Shown here: piece by piece, positions 31,574 to 39,196 of the stretch
How positions within the stretch are numbered: position 1 is the stretch's first letter
Layout: every line of letters begins with the position of its first letter
Assembly: GCA_004296805.1 (NCBI GenBank)
Contig: SCVR01000027.1
Span: forward strand, 1 to 39,864
Direction of reading: 5' to 3'
From: Dehalococcoidia bacterium
GTDB taxonomy: Bacteria > Chloroflexota > Dehalococcoidia > UBA2979
Length of the DNA stretch: 39,864 nt
The notes under the pieces: model-generated
Databases searched by the model: none
Told to the model about the DNA's origin: nothing
The model's input: the letters and a program-made list of their open reading frames with translations, nothing else
Position numbers and translations under genes: made by a program

Positions 31574-33235
31574 CTAGAAGTGGAGCACCGGCCGAGGCGG
31601 CACTGGCGGCATCGGTGCAGCGGCGGGCAGGTTAGGGGTCGGCGGCTGCGTGACCTCGATCAGCGCGGGCTTGTTCGAGGCGAGCGCGCGGTCCAGGGCG
31701 GAGCGGAACTCGACCGAATCCTTCGCGCGGTAGCCGGTGACGCCGAAGAGTTCGGCGACCTTCTGGAAGTCGGGGTTGTTGAGGTCAGTGCCCATGCCGT
31801 GGCCCTGATAGCGCTGCTCCTGGATCCGGCGGACGTTGCCGAACATGTTGTCGTTGAAGACGACGGCAACGAGCGGGATATTCTGCTGCGCGTGCGTGGA
31901 GAGCTCCTGCACGTTGTACATGAAGCCGCCGTCCCCGCTGATGGAGACGACCTTCCGGTCAGGATTGCCGACCTGCACGCCCAGCGCTGTCGCGTAGCCA
32001 TAGCCGAGGGTGCCCTGATAGCCCGAGGTGAAGATGCCGCGCGGTTGGTAGACCGGGAATGCCCCGCCCTGCGCGACGTATCCGACCTGCGTGCTCTCGG
32101 AGACGAGGATGCCATCCTCAGGCATGACCTCGCGCATGACGTTGATCATGTCGCGCTGCCACGGTGTGGTGTCGTAGGCCTTGCGCTGCGCGTCCTTCAC
32201 GCCCCGCAGTTCCGCCTCGCGGCTGGTGCGGGTGCGGTTGTGCTTCGGGACGCGCCGGACGAGTTCGGTGGCGGTGTGCTTCGCGTCTCCCAGGAGGGCG
32301 AGGTCAGCGGACCGGTTGCGGCCGATCTCTTCCGGGTCGATGTCCGCCTGGATCACGGTGCCGGTGACCTCGACGCCGCCCGGGCCGGGGATGCCAGCGA
32401 GGAAGCGCGTGCCGATCACGAGGACGGCGTCCGCCTTCGCGAGCAGTTGCATCTGTGCGACCCGACCGACCTGCGCGTGGTAGTCGTGGTCTGAGACCAC
32501 GCCTCGACCGTTCGCGGTCATGATGACAGGCGCCTCGAGGATGCGTGAGAGTTCGCGCACCTCCTCCCACGCCTCTGCGGAGAGGACGCCACCGCCGGCG
32601 CAGATCACGGGGTTCTCGGACTTGCCGAGGATCTGCGCGGCCTGCTCGAGGCGGTCGGGGTCGGCCTGGTGCAGTTGCGAGCGGTCGAACGACTCGGGCT
32701 CAAGGAGGGTGACGTCCGCGACGGTGCCAAGGATGTCTGGCGGCACCTCGATGGAGACGGGGCGAGGGCGGCCGGTCATCAGTTCGCGCACGGCGCGGCG
32801 CACCATGCCGGGGATCTCCTCGGGCCGCATGGCACCCTCGGCGGATTTGGTGAGGTGACGCAGGAGGCCGGGCTGGTCGTTGATCTCGTGGAGTGCGCCG
32901 CGGCCCTTGCCGATGAGGGTGGAGTCGATCTGGCCGGTGACGCAGAGGACGGGAGAAGAGCACGCGTACGCAGTGGAGAGGGCGGCTGTCGCGTTCAGGA
33001 CGCCGGGGCCAGGGACGACGATGAACGTCCCGATCTTGCCAGTGGACCGCGCGAAGCCATCCGCCATGTATGCGGTGGCCTGTTCGTGTCGGGTGTGGAG
33101 CACCTTGAAGTGGTCGCGCTCTTCCCAGAGGCCGTCGAAGAGGAAGTCCAACTGGATCCCGGGGAGCGCGAAGATCGTCTCGACGCCCTCGATCTTGAGT
33201 GACTGAGCGAGGGCCTGTCCGCCGGTCATCTGCAT
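31574..33235 (-). CDS. Thiamine-pyrophosphate-dependent enzyme (acetolactate synthase large subunit / IolD / Xsc-like; subfamily unresolved)
   Basis: The start is set at ATG 33235 (MQMTGGQALAQSL), with GAGGGGAG about 10 nt upstream. Motifs LHTRHEQATAYMADGFAR, VVPGPGVLNA, GDGGFMYNVQEL (TPP-binding GDG...N). Confidence 0.85.
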   Translation of the reverse strand: MQMTGGQALAQSLKIEGVETIFALPGIQLDFLFDGLWEERDHFKVLHTRHEQATAYMADGFARSTGKIGTFIVVPGPGVLNATAALSTAYACSSPVLCVTGQIDSTLIGKGRGALHEINDQPGLLRHLTKSAEGAMRPEEIPGMVRRAVRELMTGRPRPVSIEVPPDILGTVADVTLLEPESFDRSQLHQADPDRLEQAAQILGKSENPVICAGGGVLSAEAWEEVRELSRILEAPVIMTANGRGVVSDHDYHAQVGRVAQMQLLAKADAVLVIGTRFLAGIPGPGGVEVTGTVIQADIDPEEIGRNRSADLALLGDAKHTATELVRRVPKHNRTRTSREAELRGVKDAQRKAYDTTPWQRDMINVMREVMPEDGILVSESTQVGYVAQGGAFPVYQPRGIFTSGYQGTLGYGYATALGVQVGNPDRKVVSISGDGGFMYNVQELSTHAQQNIPLVAVVFNDNMFGNVRRIQEQRYQGHGMGTDLNNPDFQKVAELFGVTGYRAKDSVEFRSALDRALASNKPALIEVTQPPTPNLPAAAPMPPVPPRPVLHF

Positions 33236-33334
33236 CTGTCGTGTGCTCCCCTCGGCGCGTGTTGGCGTGTGCAACGTCGCAGCGTCGGCGGACGATACAC
33301 CAGCCGAGGAATCTCGCGGGAGTGGTTGGAAGCA

Positions 33335-33360
33335 GAAGCGGGGCCGTGAGGCCCCGCTTC
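33335..33360 (-). terminator. Perfect 11-bp stem hairpin between the permease genes and the TPP-enzyme gene
   Basis: GAAGCGGGGCC-gtga-GGCCCCGCTTC. Confidence 0.6.
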
Positions 33361-33383
33361 TTCGTATCGAGCGCACGCGGACG

Positions 33384-34325
33384 CTAGTTGGAGCCCCGGA
33401 GGCGCGGGTCGAGTTTGTCGCGGAGGGCGTCGCCCAGCATGTTGAAGGAGAACACGGTGATGAAGACGGCGAGCCCCGGGAAGATCGCGAGGTGGGGCGC
33501 CTTCGTCAGTTGCGAGCGCGCGTCGTTCAGCATGCGGCCCCAGGAGGGTGCGGGCGGCTGGACGCCATAGCCGAGGAAGGAGAGCGAGGACTCAAGCAGC
33601 ACCGCGCCACCGACCTGTAGCGAAGCCGCCACAATGACGACGGCGAAGAGGTTGGGGACGATGTGCTTCGTCATGATGCGGCGGTCGCGGGCGCCGAGGG
33701 CGCGGGCGGCCTCCACGTACTGCTCCTCGCGGAGGGAGAGCGCCACGCCTCGGATCGTCCGGGAGGACGAGGTGGAGGTGAGGATCGCGACGGAGATGAT
33801 GATCGCGATGATGTCCGGTTGCATGCCGAGCATGGCTGGTAGCCGTCCGGAGAGCGCCTGCACCACGATGATGATGAAGACGAGCCCCGGGATGGCGATC
33901 CCGATGTCGATCACGCGCTGGAACAGTGAGTCGAATTTTCCGCCGTAGTAGCCAGATACGGTGCCGAAGGTGATCGCCAGGAGTTTGGCGATCAGGACGA
34001 CGCCGAAGCCGATGACGATCGACGTGCGTGCGCCGTAGACGATCCGCGCGTACTGGTCGCGCCCGAGTTCGTCGGTCCCGAACCAGTGAGTCAGGCTCGG
34101 TCCTTGCAGTCGAGCGGCGATGCTCTGCTTCAGGGGGTCCTGCACCTCCATGGGGGTGAGGACGATGCGCGCCGGGCTGGCGGCGAGGATGAGCAGCAGG
34201 ACGAAGAAGAGGCCGATCGCCCCGAGCGGGTATCGGCGGACGAACTTCGATGCCCGCCTCGGGAATGCCGCCAGTCCGGTGGAAGGCTTGCCTACTCGAG
34301 TGGGAATGGTTGCTGCGTCTGCCAT
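33384..34325 (-). CDS. ABC transporter permease, DppC/OppC type
   Basis: GTDELGRDQYARIVYGARTSIVIGF and the EAA-like region EEQYVEAARALGARDRRIMTKHIVPN. The preferred start is ATG 34325, which overlaps the upstream stop as TAATG. The track start is 34355. Confidence 0.88.
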   Translation of the reverse strand: MADAATIPTRVGKPSTGLAAFPRRASKFVRRYPLGAIGLFFVLLLILAASPARIVLTPMEVQDPLKQSIAARLQGPSLTHWFGTDELGRDQYARIVYGARTSIVIGFGVVLIAKLLAITFGTVSGYYGGKFDSLFQRVIDIGIAIPGLVFIIIVVQALSGRLPAMLGMQPDIIAIIISVAILTSTSSSRTIRGVALSLREEQYVEAARALGARDRRIMTKHIVPNLFAVVIVAASLQVGGAVLLESSLSFLGYGVQPPAPSWGRMLNDARSQLTKAPHLAIFPGLAVFITVFSFNMLGDALRDKLDPRLRGSN

Positions 34326-35278
34326 TAGGAGTACCTGATCCTCGGGTTCAGCCACGAGTAAGTGATGTCGACCGCCAGGTTGGCGAAGACGACGGTGAGC
34401 GAGGTCATCACGTTCACGGCCTGCACGATAGGTAGGTCATGCGTGTTCACAGCGGAGAGGTAATACCGGCCCACTCCGGGGATGGAGTAGACCTGCTCGA
34501 TGATGACGGCCCCGCCAACGAGCGCCGGGATCGAGAGACCGATGACAGTGACCACCGGGATGAGGGCGTTCTTCAGCGCGTGTCGGAGGATGACGGTCCG
34601 CTCCTGCAGGCCCTTCGACCAGGCGGTGCGGATGTAGTCCTGGCGCAGGACCTCCAGCATGGCGGTGCGGGTGAAGCGCATGACACCACCGGAGCCGGCT
34701 CCACCGAGGATCATCGCGGGAACCACCAGCAACTTGAGGTTGCGGACGGGATCCTCCAACAGCGATACGTAGGTGGTGGAGGGGACGGCCCAGTGGAAGT
34801 ACCGACCGGCCATCGAGATGATGATGAGGGCGATCCAGAAGCCTGGTGCTGAGAGCAGTCCAATGGCGATGGTGCGCCCCGCATAGTCCACGGCAGAGTT
34901 TTGCCGGACCGCGGACATAATTCCGATCGGGATGCCGACGGAGATGTTGAACGCGAGGGCCAGCAAGCCGAGTTCGAGGGTCACGGGTACGCGCGAGGCC
35001 AGTTCATCCTGGACGCTGCGTCCGCTCACGAGTGACTTGCCAAGGTCGAACCGGACCATCCGCCCGACCCACTTCACGTACTGAATCGGTACGGCTTCGT
35101 CGAGCTGGAAGTCCTTCAGGATGGCGTCTCGTGTGGCCTTGTCGCCCGCGCCGAATTCACCCTGGATGACCGTGACAATGTCGCCGGGGAGCAGCCGCAG
35201 CATGACGAATACCAGCAGGGTGAGCCCAAACATCGTGGGCACCATGAGCAGCAGGCGCCTGAGGATGTACTTCTGCAA
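34325..35278 (-). CDS. ABC transporter permease, DppB/OppB type
   Basis: MQKYILRRLLLMVPTMFGLTLLVFVMLRLLPGD and DYIRTAWSKGLQERTVILRHALKNALIPVVT. TTG start with GGGAGGGGA SD. Confidence 0.88.
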   Translation of the reverse strand: MQKYILRRLLLMVPTMFGLTLLVFVMLRLLPGDIVTVIQGEFGAGDKATRDAILKDFQLDEAVPIQYVKWVGRMVRFDLGKSLVSGRSVQDELASRVPVTLELGLLALAFNISVGIPIGIMSAVRQNSAVDYAGRTIAIGLLSAPGFWIALIIISMAGRYFHWAVPSTTYVSLLEDPVRNLKLLVVPAMILGGAGSGGVMRFTRTAMLEVLRQDYIRTAWSKGLQERTVILRHALKNALIPVVTVIGLSIPALVGGAVIIEQVYSIPGVGRYYLSAVNTHDLPIVQAVNVMTSLTVVFANLAVDITYSWLNPRIRYS

Positions 35279-35462
35279 ACGTCCCCTCCCGTACGGGCCG
35301 AATCTGTCGCTCCAGTGAGTCGCTGACCCTCGATTGGCGAGGCGAGTCTACCATCGGCTTCCCTTGGGCAATCGACCGTACGTGCCGCATCACGATTTCG
35401 ATGCACGAAGGGCCCACGCTTGGTGCGTTTGTCCCGGGGACTCGATTCGGGGCGGAAATCGT

Positions 35463-35472
35463 ATATGCATAT
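35463..35472. promoter_or_regulatory. Perfect 10-bp palindrome ATATGCATAT in an AT-rich patch of the divergent intergenic region
   Basis: Read directly from the sequence. It lies about 33 nt upstream of the -10-like TATATT of the response-regulator gene. Confidence 0.3.
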
Positions 35473-35504
35473 GCCTAGTTCTGGTCTCGCTGCCCAAACG
35501 TCGC

Positions 35505-35510
35505 TATATT
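35505..35510 (+). promoter_or_regulatory. -10-like TATATT placed 6 nt before the response-regulator ATG (candidate leaderless promoter)
   Basis: Sequence reads TATATT-ctggcc-ATG. No SD is present. Confidence 0.4.
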
Positions 35511-35516
35511 CTGGCC

Positions 35517-36236
35517 ATGCGCGTACTCGTCATCGATGACGAGCCGGACGTTGTCGAAATCGTCCGGCTGACGTTCAACCTTCGCTGGCCGGAGGCTGAG
35601 GTCATTTCCGCGTCCACGGGCGACGAAGGGGTGAGCTCCGTCGAGCGGTACTCCCCGGAGATCGTGATCCTGGACATTGGCCTCCCTGACATCGACGGGT
35701 TCGAGGTTTGCGAGCGCATCCGGCACTTCTCGGATGTCCCAGTGGTGATGCTGACCGCCCGCCACGAAGAAGTGGACAAGGTGAAGGGGCTGGAGATCGG
35801 CGCGGACGACTACGTCACGAAGCCGTTCTCACACATTGAACTGCTGGCGCGCGTCCGCGCGGTGCTGCGTCGCTCGGAGTCGCAGGTGCCCGCGAGCGAG
35901 GGGCCGCCGTTCGAGGCGCCTCCTCTGCGCATCGACTACGCGAGCCGCGACGTGACGGTCGACGGGAAGTCGATCAAGTTGACGCCGATCGAGTACGGGA
36001 TCCTGTACCACCTGACTCGGAATGAGAACCGCGTGCTCACGTTCCGCACGCTCCTGGCGAAGGTGTGGGGGCGTGAGTACATGGATGAGACGGACTACCT
36101 GAAAGTCCACATCCAACACTTGCGGCGCAAACTCGGCGATGACCCACAGGGCGAGCCGATGATCGTGAACGAGCGCGGTGTGGGGTACAAGTTCGTGCGC
36201 CGCGTGCGGCCTGCCGCACGCGGGAGTTACGTGTGA
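35517..36236 (+). CDS. OmpR/PhoB-family response regulator
   Basis: MRVLVIDDEPDV, IVILDIGLPDIDGF, ADDYVTKPF. Winged helix LTPIEYGILYHLTRNENRVLTFRTLLAKVWG...VHIQHLRRKL...GVGYKF. Confidence 0.92.
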   Translation: MRVLVIDDEPDVVEIVRLTFNLRWPEAEVISASTGDEGVSSVERYSPEIVILDIGLPDIDGFEVCERIRHFSDVPVVMLTARHEEVDKVKGLEIGADDYVTKPFSHIELLARVRAVLRRSESQVPASEGPPFEAPPLRIDYASRDVTVDGKSIKLTPIEYGILYHLTRNENRVLTFRTLLAKVWGREYMDETDYLKVHIQHLRRKLGDDPQGEPMIVNERGVGYKFVRRVRPAARGSYV

Positions 36237-37597
36237 CCGGCAGTTACGCGGACGGCCCCAACTCCGGCGCGGTACTCCGCGCCGTCGCTTCATTACTCAT
36301 GGCCCTCGGGCAGCAGGGGGGCGCGGCAGAGCGCTCGCCCGAGCCTGCTCAGGAGGCGCCGCGAGCCCAGCCAGTGCCTCCTCCGCCTGCACCCACTCCG
36401 ACGCCCCGTGCCGCAGATGACTTCGCCTCCGTCATCGAGGAAGCGCAGGAACGCGCGCAGCGGACGCTGAACGAGGGGATCGAACGGGCGCGTGCGCTCG
36501 CGCAGGGCGGGACGATTGGGCCTCGCCCGGAAGCGAGCGCGCCACGGGCAGAGATCGCAGTGCCGATCGCCTCATCCTCAGGTGCAACGTACAGCGGGTT
36601 GTTGGGCGATCCCGAGGCGGCGCGGCAGTTCGATGAGTTGCGTCGTTCGCTCGCGCTGATGTCGGATGATCTGCGTGATGTGCAGCAGCGGCTGGCGCGC
36701 ATCGAGATGATGCTGAAGGACTCGCCACCGGCGCGTGCGGCGGAACCCGCTGCGCCAGGGCGACCGAGCCTGCCGACGCCGCCCTCGATGTCCGCAGCGC
36801 CGCCACCGTTCGTCGCGCCGGCGTACGCACCGGCTGCACCGCACATCCCGCCCGTGGTGCCGGTGGCATCGCCGCCGCCGGCGACGCCACCCCCTGCACC
36901 CCCACCGCCGCCGCAGCCAGCTCCCGCGCCTCAGGCGTCACCAATGGCGCCGCCGCCTGCATCGCCATCGGTCGCGCCAGCGCGGGCGTCCGTATCGTTG
37001 CCCCCACTGCCACCCGTGACGCCTCGATCGACTCCGGAGGGGTTGCCGCCATCGGCGGTGCCGCCGTTCCGAGCAACGCCCACGGCTGCACCGCCACCCC
37101 CGCCGCCACCGGCACCGCCCGTCGCCGCGGCACCCGTGGCGCCAACACTTCCGACGCCGGTCGCCACGACTCCTGCCGCTGTTGCGCCGGCGCCTGCGGC
37201 AGCGCCGGTATCGCCACCGCCAGCCCCGCCGGTGCCCCCCGTCTCGGCCGAGGCACCTCCGGTGCCCGCCGCCGGCCCTCGAGTGGGCGCACCGCCATCG
37301 GCGGGGGCGCCGATCGCGACGTTCGTACCGGAAGACGGCAGTGTGCTGGTGCGCGTCGCCCCAGTTGCGGGCTTCCAGGGGCTGATGCGGGTGCAGGACG
37401 CGCTGGCGCGGCTGCGGGGGATCCGGCAGACCGCCGTGGAGGCGTACTCGCAGGGGGAGGCGCGTCTGCGGCTCGAACTGACGGAAGTGACCGACTCGGA
37501 TGAGATCGCGGATGGGCTGGCCGGGACGCTCTCGGTGCCGGCGCAGGTGCGCGACGCTTCGGAGTCGGAACGGAGCATGCTGATCGTCCTGGGTTAG
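36233..37597 (+). CDS. Pro/Ala-rich hypothetical protein: helical N-terminal region, a low-complexity P/A linker of about 220 aa, and a globular C-terminal domain of about 95 aa
   Basis: The GTG start overlaps the regulator stop as GTGA. It ends 3 nt before the kinase start. No signal peptide or TM segment was seen. The C-terminal domain is ATFVPEDGSVLVRVAPVAGFQGLMRVQDALARLRGIRQTAVEAYSQGEARLRLEL.... Confidence 0.6.
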   Translation: MTGSYADGPNSGAVLRAVASLLMALGQQGGAAERSPEPAQEAPRAQPVPPPPAPTPTPRAADDFASVIEEAQERAQRTLNEGIERARALAQGGTIGPRPEASAPRAEIAVPIASSSGATYSGLLGDPEAARQFDELRRSLALMSDDLRDVQQRLARIEMMLKDSPPARAAEPAAPGRPSLPTPPSMSAAPPPFVAPAYAPAAPHIPPVVPVASPPPATPPPAPPPPPQPAPAPQASPMAPPPASPSVAPARASVSLPPLPPVTPRSTPEGLPPSAVPPFRATPTAAPPPPPPPAPPVAAAPVAPTLPTPVATTPAAVAPAPAAAPVSPPPAPPVPPVSAEAPPVPAAGPRVGAPPSAGAPIATFVPEDGSVLVRVAPVAGFQGLMRVQDALARLRGIRQTAVEAYSQGEARLRLELTEVTDSDEIADGLAGTLSVPAQVRDASESERSMLIVLG

Positions 37598-37600
37598 CAA

Positions 37601-39127
37601 GTGCTGACGATCAGGCGGAGGACGCAGCAGGCTGGCGTCTGGAAGAGAGTGGCGGTGGCTCCCACGCCGGAGTGGCGACGTGCACGCCCTGCCTCGCGAT
37701 CTGCGGGGGGGATCCGCCGGGCTCGTCAGGGCGCGGTCCGGCTCTGGGTTGCTGCGGGTGTTGGCGCGGCCACGCTGGTGGGGACGCACCTCGTCCTGCT
37801 GTACACACTGCTGCAAGAACTCGACCCGCGCGTGATCGTGATCGACGGCGGGATCGCCGTACTCGGCCTCGCCGCCGTCGCCTGGTACATCGGCAGCGCC
37901 ACGGACGAGCGCACGCGACACGCGGTCGAGACGCTGATGCTCGAGGTGCTTGAGACACCGCGAAACATCCGCGAGACGGCTGCCGCAGCTGTGGAGACGC
38001 TGGCGGACGAAGGCCTCGCCATTGCGGCTGCCGTCGCGGTGACCCGCGAAGATATCGACGCCCCGTTGGAGGTGATGGCCGCGACGGGTTATCCGGAAGG
38101 CTGGCTGCGCCAGGCGCCCGCGGTCCACCTCAATGATGTGGGTGTGCTGCATCGCGTGGCCGCCGACGAGGGGTGGCTGGCTCCACTCACGGGGCTGAAG
38201 CGCAAGGGTTGGCTGGCGCTCCTGCCGCTCTCTTCCGGCGATGAGCCGATCGGCGTGCTGTTGCTGGTGGCCCGGAAGCCCGGGCCACTGCGTGACCGGC
38301 GGGTGTTGCGGGCGCTGGCCCGACAGGTTGCGGCCGCACTGGACCACGCGGCGCTGTATGAGGCGGCATACGCGCGCGAGCGCGACCTGGTGGATCAGGA
38401 CGCGCGCCGGCGGGAGTTCCTGGCCGCGATCTCGCACGAAATCCGCACGCCGCTGACCTCGATCCAGGCGTTCGCCGAACTACTGGAGATGGACCGGACG
38501 AGCGCGGCCGACGACACGGCGATGCAGTTGGTGGGGTCGCTCAAGGGTGGCGTGGAGCGGCTGCGGATGCTGGTGACCGATCTGATCAACCTCGGGCGGT
38601 CGGGGACCCTCGAGTACCCGGTGAACCCGGCGGACATCGCCCTGCCGACACTGGTCGAGCGTTCGGCCTCGATCATGAGGCCGGCGTTCTTGCTGCGCCG
38701 CCAGGAGTTGGTGCTGGACCTGGCGCCGGACACGCCGCATGTGCTGGCGGACCGGCAACTGCTGGAGCAGGTGGTGCTCAACCTCCTCGCGAATGCGAAC
38801 CGGCACGCGCCGAACGGCACCACGATCACCCTGACCACACGGGCGACCGACCACGACCGCGTGCTCTTCGAGGTGGATGACGAGGGGAACGGCGTGCCAG
38901 CGGAGTTCCGCGAGCGGATCTTCGAGCCGTACTTCCGGGTGCCAGACGCAGTCACGGGGGACATGCCGGGGTCCGGCCTTGGCCTCGCCGTGGCCAGACG
39001 GCTGTTGCAGCAGATGGGTGGCCGGATCTGGGTGGCGGAGAAGGCCGGGCCGGGCGCGAAGTTCTGCGTGGAACTGCGCGCCACCGTCACGCACGGCCTG
39101 GGCGCCGACGGGCGCGCCGTCCTGTAG
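37601..39127 (+). CDS. Sensor histidine kinase (2 TM helices, GAF-like domain, HisKA, HATPase_c)
   Basis: H-box FLAAISHEIRTPLTSI, N-box LLANANRHAPNG, G1 DDEGNGVP, G2 GSGLGLAVARRLL. Hydrophobic segments are near the N-terminus. The GTG start is uncertain. Confidence 0.9.
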   Translation: MLTIRRRTQQAGVWKRVAVAPTPEWRRARPASRSAGGIRRARQGAVRLWVAAGVGAATLVGTHLVLLYTLLQELDPRVIVIDGGIAVLGLAAVAWYIGSATDERTRHAVETLMLEVLETPRNIRETAAAAVETLADEGLAIAAAVAVTREDIDAPLEVMAATGYPEGWLRQAPAVHLNDVGVLHRVAADEGWLAPLTGLKRKGWLALLPLSSGDEPIGVLLLVARKPGPLRDRRVLRALARQVAAALDHAALYEAAYARERDLVDQDARRREFLAAISHEIRTPLTSIQAFAELLEMDRTSAADDTAMQLVGSLKGGVERLRMLVTDLINLGRSGTLEYPVNPADIALPTLVERSASIMRPAFLLRRQELVLDLAPDTPHVLADRQLLEQVVLNLLANANRHAPNGTTITLTTRATDHDRVLFEVDDEGNGVPAEFRERIFEPYFRVPDAVTGDMPGSGLGLAVARRLLQQMGGRIWVAEKAGPGAKFCVELRATVTHGLGADGRAVL

Positions 39128-39196
39128 CCGGGCCGCGATGCCGCCATGCCGCGCGCCCGCGCGTCCGGCGGCGCGGCGTGCGATCATCGACGCCTC

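Noticed and set aside
36700-37320. Pro/Ala-coding region as a DNA tandem repeat or CRISPR-like array
   Set aside because: There is compositional bias (CCN/GCN codons) but no fixed-period unit and no repeat-spacer structure. It is a low-complexity coding sequence only. I saw no CRISPR array anywhere in the window.
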